Assembly: GCA_045534785.1 (NCBI GenBank)
Contig: JAZSKJ010000032.1
Coordinates: forward strand, 18,777-82,776
Direction: 5' to 3'
Source: Bacteroidaceae bacterium
GTDB lineage: Bacteria > Bacteroidota > Bacteroidia > Bacteroidales > Bacteroidaceae
Length of the DNA stretch: 64,000 nucleotides
A program made the position numbers and the translations under genes. A model generated the notes under the pieces. That model searched no databases, was not told the origin of the DNA, and worked only from the letters and a program-made list of their open reading frames with translations. Below are positions 15,145 through 23,581 of the stretch, one piece after another. How positions within the stretch are numbered: the stretch's first letter is position 1; every line of letters begins with the position of its first letter.

Positions 15145-16932
15145 TTACTTAATCAGATAAGATGCTTCATACTCATCCTCCCAGTCAGTTACTGTGGCCG
15201 AGAATTCAATGATGGTCTTATAGTATACTATCTCCTCCTCAGGTACCGACGGATCCTTTTCAAGCTCACGCCATATGGTGTTGCCTTCATCATCCTTGTC
15301 CCTGATCAGGATTACATCGTAGTCATTGGGATTGCCGTTGTAATCAACGCCATCGCCATCATAGTTATCGTTCTCTGTAGCTGCGCCGTCGCCGTCCTTA
15401 TCGGCAATACCTTCCAGCTTACCGTCACCGTCAATGTCCTTCCATACTACAGGTATATCGCCCTTGCCGTCGTGGTCGGTATCAATAAAGTACTCACCCT
15501 TATCATCGGTTACTACCCATGCGGTATCGTTCTTATATCCGTCTATACCACCGTCATAGTCAATGAAAGGCTCGGTGGGGTAGTCGGGATCATTCGGGTC
15601 TGACGGAACATCGGGCTTGGTCTTGGGGCGCTCCAGTTCTGTGTCAACTATATCATCGCCGTCTGTATCCATCCATATAACATCGGGATTGCCGTCACCG
15701 TCAGTATCATCGGGCTGGCCGTCCTGGTCGCGGTCGGGCAGAGCCTCTTCCTTACCGTCGCCGTCAATATCATCCCATATGATGGGGTAATCGGGGGTAT
15801 CGTCAATATCCTCGTCAATCCAGTACTCATCGGTAATTCCGTCACCGTCATTGTCTATCTCAATGATGTTGACAACAGGGGTATAGATGCTGTCAGGATT
15901 TGTCAGCTCATCCTGGTCATGGTCCGGGTTGATGTTGGGCAGGTAATGACCGCCGTCGGGTGTGATTGACGGGTCTACTGATACTATGTAGTTGTAGCGG
16001 TAGTTAGGCTCCCACTTGGCAATAGTAACCTTGCTTTCGGGGGTTGACACCTTATTGCCTACAATCTTGTTCAAGGCAACCGAGCGCTCAAATATTGACT
16101 CGGTATCGTCACTGTAAACCAGCTTGAAGGTGATGCTTACCTTGGCGTTGTTGTTAATCTCCTGGGGAAGCAGCAGCAGGTCTGTAGCTAGGTTGGCTGC
16201 CTTGGTGCTACCCATTGTATATGTGGCGCTCTTAACTTCGGGCATATCATAGACCGATGTGTTATCGGCAGTCCAGGCGCCGGTGAATACGCTGTTGCTG
16301 TTCCAGCCTGTCTGGGCAAATGAGCCCTTGCTGTACAGTCCGGTTACGTCAAAGCTAACCACATCCACACTCTTTATGCCTACAGTGTCAAATTCGGATG
16401 ATGACTTGAAGTAGAAGCTTACGTTACTCAGTATATGGCTGAATTCAAAGTCTACCACGTTAAAGGGCTGATGATCTTTTATCTGCTTGGCTATCATCAG
16501 GTCAATCTGGTCACTATCCTTATCGGCTACAGTAAAGTCTGTTATGCTGAAAGTGCGGTTCTCAAAGTCAAAGCTGTTGGCTGCAGCATAGGGATATACT
16601 GCGTAGAAGTCATAAGTTGAGTTCTTCTCCCAATACTTTACGGGGGAGTATGACCATATCTCCTGACCGGTGTTGGTTACAAGCTGGTTGTTGAAAAGCT
16701 TGCCGTATTCGCCGTTCATGTTCTGTAAGCCATAGACCTCAATCTCATCGCCGCTTACAAATGTGGCTCCCACACCTCTTGATGCACGGGTAAGGCCACT
16801 CACGTAGTTGGTAAAATTAATCTGTGTGCTGTGGTCACGGATAGGGTCAACGCTGTTGAGTACTTTACTGTCTTCGCAAGCGCTCAGCAGCATTATTGCT
16901 CCTGTAAGGATTATCAGACTCCTCTTTTTCAT
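15145..16932 (-). CDS. Fimbrillin-like lipoprotein with a longer Asp-rich DxDxDG calcium-binding-repeat insert
   Basis: 595-aa ORF. Lipobox MLLSACE, site VSGLTRASR, motif FSHILSNVSFYFK. The pilin body ends ...KWEPNYRYNYIVSVDP. About 245 aa of acidic repeats follow, then the terminal strand IIEFSATVTDWEDEYE. Confidence 0.85.
   Translation of the reverse strand: MKKRSLIILTGAIMLLSACEDSKVLNSVDPIRDHSTQINFTNYVSGLTRASRGVGATFVSGDEIEVYGLQNMNGEYGKLFNNQLVTNTGQEIWSYSPVKYWEKNSTYDFYAVYPYAAANSFDFENRTFSITDFTVADKDSDQIDLMIAKQIKDHQPFNVVDFEFSHILSNVSFYFKSSSEFDTVGIKSVDVVSFDVTGLYSKGSFAQTGWNSNSVFTGAWTADNTSVYDMPEVKSATYTMGSTKAANLATDLLLLPQEINNNAKVSITFKLVYSDDTESIFERSVALNKIVGNKVSTPESKVTIAKWEPNYRYNYIVSVDPSITPDGGHYLPNINPDHDQDELTNPDSIYTPVVNIIEIDNDGDGITDEYWIDEDIDDTPDYPIIWDDIDGDGKEEALPDRDQDGQPDDTDGDGNPDVIWMDTDGDDIVDTELERPKTKPDVPSDPNDPDYPTEPFIDYDGGIDGYKNDTAWVVTDDKGEYFIDTDHDGKGDIPVVWKDIDGDGKLEGIADKDGDGAATENDNYDGDGVDYNGNPNDYDVILIRDKDDEGNTIWRELEKDPSVPEEEIVYYKTIIEFSATVTDWEDEYEASYLIK
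15229..15969 (-). repeat. Asp-rich DxDxDG repeat insert, residues about 322-568 of the 595-aa pilin-like protein
   Basis: Repeat copies seen: IEIDNDGDGITDEYW, WDDIDGDGKEEALPDRDQDGQPDDTDGDGNPDVIWMDTDGDDIVD, IDTDHDGKGDIPVVWKDIDGDGKLEGIADKDGDGAATENDNYDGDGVDYNGNPND. The module W-x-D-I-D-G/N-D-G-K-L/E-E is shared with the neighbouring gene. Confidence 0.7.
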
Positions 16933-16965
16933 TTTTTGATTGTATTTTATTTTGTTTGTTTTCGT

Positions 16966-18075
16966 TTATAACTTATTGCTCTTGCCTGGCTCCACAGATC
17001 CTTCCCATTCATTGTTATCCCATATCTTGGCGTCGGCATCGAATGTTATTATGTCTGGACCTATCATAAGGTGCAGGATATAGCTGTTGGCGCACCTGAA
17101 AGCACTAAAGGCCTCCTTGAGGCCTATACGTGTATCAAAATGCTCTATGCGTCCACCTGGGTAGTGCATAGAGTAGTCAACAAGTATCATCTGGGTGCTG
17201 TCCACCTGCTGCGGCAAAAGCAGTGACTCTATCACGCAACTTCCGGTTGAGTCAATCAGGGCTCCGTTGGCGCTGCACAGAGCGTAGGTGGGATTAATGG
17301 TGTCAATCTGCCACTCAGTTACGGACTCATCGGCCTCAATACCTACCACAGGACTGTGGTCAAGTATCTGAGTAAAGTCTCCCTTGCTGTAGAACCGGCC
17401 TATGCTCAGGCTGTCTATCACAACTTGGATTCCGCCCTCACTAATGGTCTTGTTAAGGGTTACCATTACAATAAGCTTGGCCATGATGTGCTGCATATTG
17501 AAGGTAACCAGGCTACCTATCTGTTTCGGGTTAACCTTCTTGCCCTCACGGTCAACGAGCCAATCTACATCTGTCACACTGCCGAAAGTGCCACGGGGAT
17601 ACGGCTCGGGACCCGCACTCATGGTGTTGCTGCCCTCCAGTACCACATTATTTATATTAATGTGGCCGGTGGTCTCATCGATAGAGACCGATGCACCCGG
17701 TACTGTTGCAGAATTGGGTGCATAAGCATAGAATCTGTAAGAACTGCCCTTCTCCCAATAGCGTGCGGGAGAGTAGGTCCAATCCTCATGGTCCGGATCA
17801 TAGCTGACCAGATTGTCATTAAACAGACGAATCTCGGGTCTGCCGCTTGCTGTCTGCCATCCCCAGACTCCCATGGTATTAGTGTGCTGGCTAAGCAGGC
17901 TGAGAGCGCGTGTTCTGACAGGATTATCTATTACACCGTTGCCGAAACTGATAGCCAGACTCTCATTGCCACCCTCATCATTTAGATGGCTTACAAAACT
18001 TTCGTACTGACATCCTGCCAGCAGCATTACCGCTGCCAGCAACCCCAGTACTCTATGTCTTGCTACATTCAGCAT
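16966..18075 (-). CDS. Fimbrillin-like (type V pilin family) lipoprotein
   Basis: 369-aa ORF. Lipobox MLLAGCQ, site NPVRTRALS, motif MQHIMAKLIVMV, terminal strand IITFDADAKIWDNNEW. Confidence 0.85.
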   Translation of the reverse strand: MLNVARHRVLGLLAAVMLLAGCQYESFVSHLNDEGGNESLAISFGNGVIDNPVRTRALSLLSQHTNTMGVWGWQTASGRPEIRLFNDNLVSYDPDHEDWTYSPARYWEKGSSYRFYAYAPNSATVPGASVSIDETTGHININNVVLEGSNTMSAGPEPYPRGTFGSVTDVDWLVDREGKKVNPKQIGSLVTFNMQHIMAKLIVMVTLNKTISEGGIQVVIDSLSIGRFYSKGDFTQILDHSPVVGIEADESVTEWQIDTINPTYALCSANGALIDSTGSCVIESLLLPQQVDSTQMILVDYSMHYPGGRIEHFDTRIGLKEAFSAFRCANSYILHLMIGPDIITFDADAKIWDNNEWEGSVEPGKSNKL

Positions 18076-18095
18076 TCTTGTTTTTTAATCCTTTG

Positions 18096-18103
18096 CAAAA
18101 TTA
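18096..18103 (-). promoter_or_regulatory. Candidate Bacteroides-type -7 promoter box (TAATTTTG = TAnnTTTG) ahead of the 16966-18075 gene
   Basis: Plus-strand caaaatta at 18096-18103, about 20 nt upstream of the ATG at 18075. It sits in a 193-bp gap that also contains a hairpin. An 8-mer match alone is weak evidence. Confidence 0.3.
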
Positions 18104-18210
18104 AAAAATACACACACTCTCGCTCTCACTCTGCTGCCCCACTCATTGCAAACTGCATTTTTCCTTTTATAAATATCATTGGTAATATAGCGCTCACGCT
18201 CTCTTGGTGA

Positions 18211-18236
18211 CCATCGGGGCGATCAAACCCCGGTGG
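18211..18236 (-). terminator. Intergenic hairpin downstream of the 18269-19534 gene
   Basis: ccatcgggg / ccccggtgg form a 9-bp stem with an 8-nt loop. One position is T:G on the plus strand, which is an A:C mismatch in the minus-strand RNA. There is no clear U-tract. Confidence 0.35.
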
Positions 18237-18268
18237 CCTATTTAAAGAAAAGAGTTAGTCTGATGGGA

Positions 18269-19534
18269 TTACTGTACAACAACAGGTACATCATTCTTTG
18301 TAGCCCACTCATATACATCAGCATCAAAGTTGATTGCTGCAGGTGCAAGAGTGATTTTCAAAGTGTTCTGCCATCCTTCGCAGAAATCTACTGCTGTTGT
18401 GGCATCAGCATTGAAAACGTCGGCAAGGTTGTAGTAGTATTTATAGCTATCATGCTTAGTATAAACATTATTTTCAGTCTTGCCAATCTCATATTCAATT
18501 ACAATGTATGGTGCACTATCAGCTGTTGCATTGCTACCATTAAGGTAAAGATATGAATCAAGTCCAGTTACACTTTCATTTACCAGTACAGTCTTGCTGT
18601 AAGCAACGCTTTGTGGAATAGCCAGTCCCTCATATACATATTGATAATATGTATTCTCTGTGGTTTCAGTTGAGGTTATTAGCAAACCGGATGCATTCTC
18701 ATAACCAACGCCAGAGGTGAATGTGGCAGGTGTTGATGCTGCTGTCCAACGTGTAACTGTTCCACCTGAAAGGGTTGTGCCAGAAGCCCGTGACTCATCA
18801 AAAGAACCATTGCTTGTCATATTAAACACCTTAACAGATTTCAGATATACGGTATAGTCATCAAGTATAGTAGCTTTACGTACACCTATGTTAAGACGTG
18901 ATAGAATATGATTGAAACTGAGGTTTACGGGGGTATTAGTATAATTCTTATAATCCTCAATATCTGTTGAAATCATAAGATCCTCAGTTGTTAGTGCAGC
19001 TGTCAAAACCTTATTGGTAACAATAGCGGTTGCAGGAGTACCTGTTACGCTGTTATAACCTGTAATTGAGAAATCTGCAATTGAAACCTTCTTGGTAGAG
19101 GAGTTCCAGCTCCAATCATCTCTGCTGGGTGAAGCTGCGTAGAATTTGTAAACAGTTGCAGACTTATCCCAGAAACGAACAGGTGTGTAATACCAGCCTT
19201 CTGTGACAGCAGGGCTAGCAGTATTATCAGCATCCTTATGCTCAACCAACTGACCAGGATATGTATAGGTGTTGTTTGCACTTTCAACAGCTCCTAATAC
19301 AGGAGTTTCAGTACCGCTTACAACTTTATAACCCCATACTTTAAATGTATTGTTGTAAGTTTCAAGATTACCATTGATATTGGCAGATGAGTTCTCTGCA
19401 CGAGTCTGCTTATTGGTAATAGTGCTGAAACCTATTTCAATCTGCTCCTCATGGATGTCTGAGCGCATCTTGTCTTCTGAGCAACCTGTCAATACTAATA
19501 CGGTTGCAGCTATAAGCAATAATTTTTTATTCAT
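18269..19534 (-). CDS. Fimbrillin-like lipoprotein, FCEGWQNTL subfamily
   Basis: 421-aa ORF. Lipobox LVLTGCS, site TNKQTRAEN, motif FNHILSRLNIGVRK. C-terminal block YYYNLADVFNADATTAVDFCEGWQNTLKITLAPAAINFDADVYEW. Confidence 0.9.
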   Translation of the reverse strand: MNKKLLLIAATVLVLTGCSEDKMRSDIHEEQIEIGFSTITNKQTRAENSSANINGNLETYNNTFKVWGYKVVSGTETPVLGAVESANNTYTYPGQLVEHKDADNTASPAVTEGWYYTPVRFWDKSATVYKFYAASPSRDDWSWNSSTKKVSIADFSITGYNSVTGTPATAIVTNKVLTAALTTEDLMISTDIEDYKNYTNTPVNLSFNHILSRLNIGVRKATILDDYTVYLKSVKVFNMTSNGSFDESRASGTTLSGGTVTRWTAASTPATFTSGVGYENASGLLITSTETTENTYYQYVYEGLAIPQSVAYSKTVLVNESVTGLDSYLYLNGSNATADSAPYIVIEYEIGKTENNVYTKHDSYKYYYNLADVFNADATTAVDFCEGWQNTLKITLAPAAINFDADVYEWATKNDVPVVVQ

Positions 19535-19569
19535 GATTGTATTTCTTTATTATTTCGATAAGAAAAACA

Positions 19570-20679
19570 TTACTTTACTTCAACATTTTGATTACCGCCA
19601 TTTTCATCAAAATTGCAAATACTTACTACATCAAACTTGATCTCATTAGGTTTGATGTCTAATGTATAAGTTGTATAAGAATCTGTACCCCAAGTCTGAG
19701 TTGAAGGAACAATTGCAACCTGGTCTGTGAAGGTCTCTTCATAAGTATTTGGAGCTGCAACGCCGTCATTATATGTATATGTTACAGTGAATGTCAAACC
19801 AGCCTCGGTAACGTTTGCAGCGGGAGCTGTGTAAGCAATTTGCTGTGGAACCATAATATACCAGTCAGTAAGAGTGGTAGCTGTGGCAGATGCACCACAT
19901 GTGAGTTCAACGGATGTATTCCCAGTGCCAGTACCAACTAATGCGACGCTGCCGGCTGATGCAGTAGGAATATTCCACTCATCGTAAACTATACTACCAG
20001 GAGCTCCTGTATAAGTCATATTTTGAGTGAAATTACCAACTCCATTATTCCAACCTGTCATAGTAAGGCTATTTACTGTTACTGTACCAGAAGTGAGTGT
20101 GCTCTTAAGAGCAAACTGAACCTTAGCCATGATGTGATGGAAATCAATATCTACTGGTTCATTTGTAGAGCCGGTATGTGCACTTCCAAGTTCACCTTTT
20201 GCTCCGTCACGATCAATCAGATAGTCGTCAGATGCTGTACTTTTATTAGATTTTGCACCTGTGATTGTGATGCGACCAAAATTAGCAGCAGTCGGATCGC
20301 CTTGAATTGCATAAGTTGCACCATCTGTTGGGGCATTAGGAGCTACTGCATAGAAGTTATACGTTGCATTCTTGTCCCAGAAACGTAATCCGTCATATTT
20401 CCAGGCACTATTTGTGGCATCCCAATATACATTCTTACCAGCGAAAATGTCAGGATTTTCTTTTGTGTCAAAATCATCCAAAGATTTATAGCCATATACT
20501 ACGAATCCACCTTCTGTCTTCAAATTATCAATGCTTCCAATATGAGCACGTGTAATCTTATTAATGGACTGTCTGAATGAAATAGGCGCTTCTTGAGTGC
20601 TAATTTCATGAATGATGTCGTTTCCTCCACATGCAGTTAATAATGCAACTGCTGCGATCATCAAATAACTCTTTTTCAT
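19570..20679 (-). CDS. Fimbrillin-like (type V pilin family) lipoprotein
   Basis: 369-aa ORF. Lipobox ALLTACG, site INKITRAHI, motif FHHIMAKVQFALK, terminal strand IKFDVVSICNFDE. Confidence 0.85.
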   Translation of the reverse strand: MKKSYLMIAAVALLTACGGNDIIHEISTQEAPISFRQSINKITRAHIGSIDNLKTEGGFVVYGYKSLDDFDTKENPDIFAGKNVYWDATNSAWKYDGLRFWDKNATYNFYAVAPNAPTDGATYAIQGDPTAANFGRITITGAKSNKSTASDDYLIDRDGAKGELGSAHTGSTNEPVDIDFHHIMAKVQFALKSTLTSGTVTVNSLTMTGWNNGVGNFTQNMTYTGAPGSIVYDEWNIPTASAGSVALVGTGTGNTSVELTCGASATATTLTDWYIMVPQQIAYTAPAANVTEAGLTFTVTYTYNDGVAAPNTYEETFTDQVAIVPSTQTWGTDSYTTYTLDIKPNEIKFDVVSICNFDENGGNQNVEVK

Positions 20680-20726
20680 AATTCTCTTTTCTTTAAGTTT
20701 TTAGTTAATAATAAGTTTTCTAATTA

Positions 20727-20759
20727 GTGACCGGTAGGAGTATCACCTCCTGCCGGCCT
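20727..20759 (-). terminator. 33-nt hairpin element downstream of the 20776-22161 gene, identical to the copy at 22210-22242
   Basis: Sequence gtgaccggtaggagtatcacctcctgccggcct. The stem ccggtaggag / ctcctgccgg is 10 bp with a 6-nt loop. One T:G on the plus strand becomes A:C in minus-strand RNA. No U-tract. Confidence 0.4.
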
Positions 20760-20775
20760 GTATTATGAAATAATA

Positions 20776-22161
20776 TTATTGTATTGTGAATTCTCCATCA
20801 GTATTTTCATCTCCTGTTGGATACTTCTCATCCCATTGGTAAACAACAGGATTAAATTTGATGGCGGAGGGAGCAAGTGTTATATTAAGAGTGTTCTGCC
20901 AACCTTCACAGAAATCAACATCATTATCTTTATTAGCTCCATCTCCGTTGAATACGTCTGCAAGATTGAAATAATAAACGTAGCCGTCAATCTTAGAATA
21001 GTTATTATTTTCGGTAACACCAATTTCATAATCTATTACAATATAAGGATCGCTCCAAGTATCATTGCCTGAGCTTACAGCATTGTAACCATCAATCCTT
21101 AGATAAGAAGACAAACCAGCAACATCCTCATTGGGCATTACAGTCTTAGCATATCCAACTGTTTGAGGCATTATGAGCCCCTCATATACATATTGATATT
21201 TTCCATCTGATACCTTCTGGGTAATTTCTTGCGCAGTTGTAGGCTCAAACTTCATGTTGCCTGGAGTGAATTTATCAGTGTTGCCTGTGGCTTTGGTCCA
21301 ACGCGCCTGAGTCCCAGCCTTTAATTGGGCATCAGTCAGAGTTGTGGCTTCATCAAAAGAACCAAGACTCTTCATGTTGTAAATCTTAATAGATTTGAGG
21401 TTGACAGTATAATCTGCTAAGTCATTACTCTTGCGAATGCCGATATTGAGGCGTGACAAAATATGATTGAATACTAACTGAACTCCATTATTATTGGGAG
21501 CAGTGGAATAAGTATAATCCTTGTAATCTAATATGTCAGACGCAATCATCAAATCTTCTGTATCCTCAGTTGCCATTATCTTGGCCGCATCAATTGTGGT
21601 ATTTGTAGGATCAGAGGCCATGTTAGTGCCACTAACACGGAAATCGGCGAGTGAGATTGTCTTGGGAGATGTATTATCTGTGATAGCCCAAACTTTTGTC
21701 TCTCTGCTCATTGTTTCGCCTTCATACTTTGCACTCTGGGGATTGAACGGAGCAGCTGCATAGAAATCATAATGTGTGGCTGTCTTGTCCCAGAATCTAA
21801 CAGGACTGTAGGCCCAGTGACCTATTAAAGAGGCCTCAGTTGATTGGTATTCAACTTTTTCACCAGGATATAGAAATCCATCAGTCGCATTTCCTGTGAA
21901 ACCAAAAACAGGAGTTCTTGCAAAAGTGCTTTCTCCGTTTTTGATATATTTATTACCCCAAAGTCTGAAAGTCTTGTTATAAGACTGTAGCTCATTTTTT
22001 TCCGTTGCATTTGAGTTGTCAGCACGAGTTTGCTTGCTTGTAAAAGTTGTGAAACTAATAGCGCTATTGTCCTGCTGTTTTATTTCCTTGAAGGTTTCAT
22101 TACCAGCGCAACCATTTAACACCAATGCTGCAGCAGTGATTATTATCAAACTCTTTTTCAT
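20776..22161 (-). CDS. Fimbrillin-like lipoprotein, FCEGWQNTL subfamily
   Basis: 461-aa ORF. Lipobox LVLNGCA, site TSKQTRADN, motif FNHILSRLNIGIRK. C-terminal block YYFNLADVFNGDGANKDNDVDFCEGWQNTLNITLAPSAIKFNPVVYQW. Confidence 0.9.
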   Translation of the reverse strand: MKKSLIIITAAALVLNGCAGNETFKEIKQQDNSAISFTTFTSKQTRADNSNATEKNELQSYNKTFRLWGNKYIKNGESTFARTPVFGFTGNATDGFLYPGEKVEYQSTEASLIGHWAYSPVRFWDKTATHYDFYAAAPFNPQSAKYEGETMSRETKVWAITDNTSPKTISLADFRVSGTNMASDPTNTTIDAAKIMATEDTEDLMIASDILDYKDYTYSTAPNNNGVQLVFNHILSRLNIGIRKSNDLADYTVNLKSIKIYNMKSLGSFDEATTLTDAQLKAGTQARWTKATGNTDKFTPGNMKFEPTTAQEITQKVSDGKYQYVYEGLIMPQTVGYAKTVMPNEDVAGLSSYLRIDGYNAVSSGNDTWSDPYIVIDYEIGVTENNNYSKIDGYVYYFNLADVFNGDGANKDNDVDFCEGWQNTLNITLAPSAIKFNPVVYQWDEKYPTGDENTDGEFTIQ

Positions 22162-22209
22162 AATTCTCTTTTCTTTAAATTGTTAGATAATAGTTCTTTT
22201 TTTTGCTTG

Positions 22210-22242
22210 GTGACCGGTAGGAGTATCACCTCCTGCCGGCCT
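22210..22242 (-). terminator. 33-nt hairpin element downstream of the 22253-23563 gene, identical to the copy at 20727-20759
   Basis: Same 33-nt string as at 20727-20759. On the coding strand it is followed by an A8 tract (T8 at 22197-22204 on the plus strand) and then the shared leader ttaaagaaaagagaattATG. Confidence 0.4.
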
Positions 22243-22252
22243 ATTGCTTGTA

Positions 22253-23563
22253 TCAATCAAATATTGTTACATCTTCATTTTTCTTGTCCTTCCACTCATA
22301 TACCTGAGCATCGAAGACGATTACGTCGGCATCAATCTTGATGTTGAGGGTGTTCTGCCAACCTTCGCAGAAGTTGAGAGTGCTACCCTCGGCTATGCCA
22401 AATGCATTTGCAAGATTGTAGTAAGCTGTATAAGGCTCGCTGCCGATAGTGTAACTAATCTTAAGATAGGGATGAGATACAGCACCACCTTGTTCCTTGA
22501 TGTCATAAATGGTCTTGCCATGTGCAGCTGCGGTATTGTCATTTGCGGCGGCATCAATTTCAGCCTGAGTGAAATATGTATCAGGAAGAGTTGCCTTAGC
22601 TCTGTCAATAACCTCGCTGGTTATGGCCTGCGGGATGATGAGGTACTGGGCAATGTACAGCGGAGTGGTAGCATCAAGTTCCTTGTCGCTGATGTCAGCT
22701 CCAGGAAGGTTGTATGTGCCATCAGTAGAAGTTGTAGGCCAACGTTTGATTGTTCCCTCTTCTAGTACATCAGTTCCAAGATCTGCACCCTCGTTGAATG
22801 TTCCCTTGTTCTTAAGATTAACACCAATAATCTCAAATGAAGTAACCTTTACAACTACATTATTGTTGTCATCACCATCATTGTTTAATTTGTCAATTGC
22901 TCCATCAGCTTTAAGTGCAACAGTAACATTCAGACGAGAGAGGATATGATTGAAAATCTCATTTACCTTATCGGGCTGGTTCTTGTTGTACTTGGGTCTT
23001 GGAACAAGGTTGTCCTCAGCAATCATCAAATCAACATCGTTAACTTCCTTGAAAGACTTAACCTCTGTGGTGACGGTAGGAGTGCCTTTTGAGAGGTTGT
23101 TGTCTATTCCACCGGCCAGTGTAAAGTCTGCGTAGCTTAATTTGCCCTGATCGCCGGTACCAGTAAGAGTCCAAGCTGCATTTGAGGGAGATGCTGCATA
23201 GAAATAATACTTGTCTGCAGATTTATCCCAGAATTTCTCAGGAGTTACATCCCACTTGAAATAAGTCTGGGTCTCTGTTGCATTGTCGTTATATGTCACA
23301 ACACCCTTGTCATAAACCGGAGTGGTAACCCAAGCGCCGTTGTAGAACTTCCAGGCCCAAACGTCAAATGAAGAATTGTGGTTTTCAAGCAACCACAATT
23401 GAGTTGCATTCATATTATTGTCGGCACCTTTTGTCTGGATTCCGGCATAAGTGTCAAAAGCAATAGCGTTCTCGTTATACTGCTTTACGTCGTTCTTGAG
23501 CTCTTTGTCATCGCACGATGCGAATATTGCAACTGCTGCGAGTAAATATAAAGCCTTTTTCAT
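22253..23563 (-). CDS. Fimbrillin-like lipoprotein, FCEGWQNTL subfamily
   Basis: 436-aa ORF. Lipobox AIFASCD. Candidate maturation site uses Lys (AGIQTKGAD). Motif FNHILSRLNVTVALK. C-terminal block YYNLANAFGIAEGSTLNFCEGWQNTLNIKIDADVIVFDAQVYEW. Confidence 0.9.
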   Translation of the reverse strand: MKKALYLLAAVAIFASCDDKELKNDVKQYNENAIAFDTYAGIQTKGADNNMNATQLWLLENHNSSFDVWAWKFYNGAWVTTPVYDKGVVTYNDNATETQTYFKWDVTPEKFWDKSADKYYFYAASPSNAAWTLTGTGDQGKLSYADFTLAGGIDNNLSKGTPTVTTEVKSFKEVNDVDLMIAEDNLVPRPKYNKNQPDKVNEIFNHILSRLNVTVALKADGAIDKLNNDGDDNNNVVVKVTSFEIIGVNLKNKGTFNEGADLGTDVLEEGTIKRWPTTSTDGTYNLPGADISDKELDATTPLYIAQYLIIPQAITSEVIDRAKATLPDTYFTQAEIDAAANDNTAAAHGKTIYDIKEQGGAVSHPYLKISYTIGSEPYTAYYNLANAFGIAEGSTLNFCEGWQNTLNIKIDADVIVFDAQVYEWKDKKNEDVTIFD

Positions 23564-23581
23564 ATTCTCTGCTGTTTTTTA

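Noticed and set aside
13655-15969. Asp-rich repeats as dockerin modules of a cellulosome-like system.
   Set aside because: - Dockerins are paired 22-aa duplicated segments, usually at a protein terminus, and need cohesin partners.
- Here many irregular DxDxDG loops sit internally in pilin-like proteins.
- No cohesin-like gene is visible.
- TSP3-like or generic calcium-loop spacers fit better.
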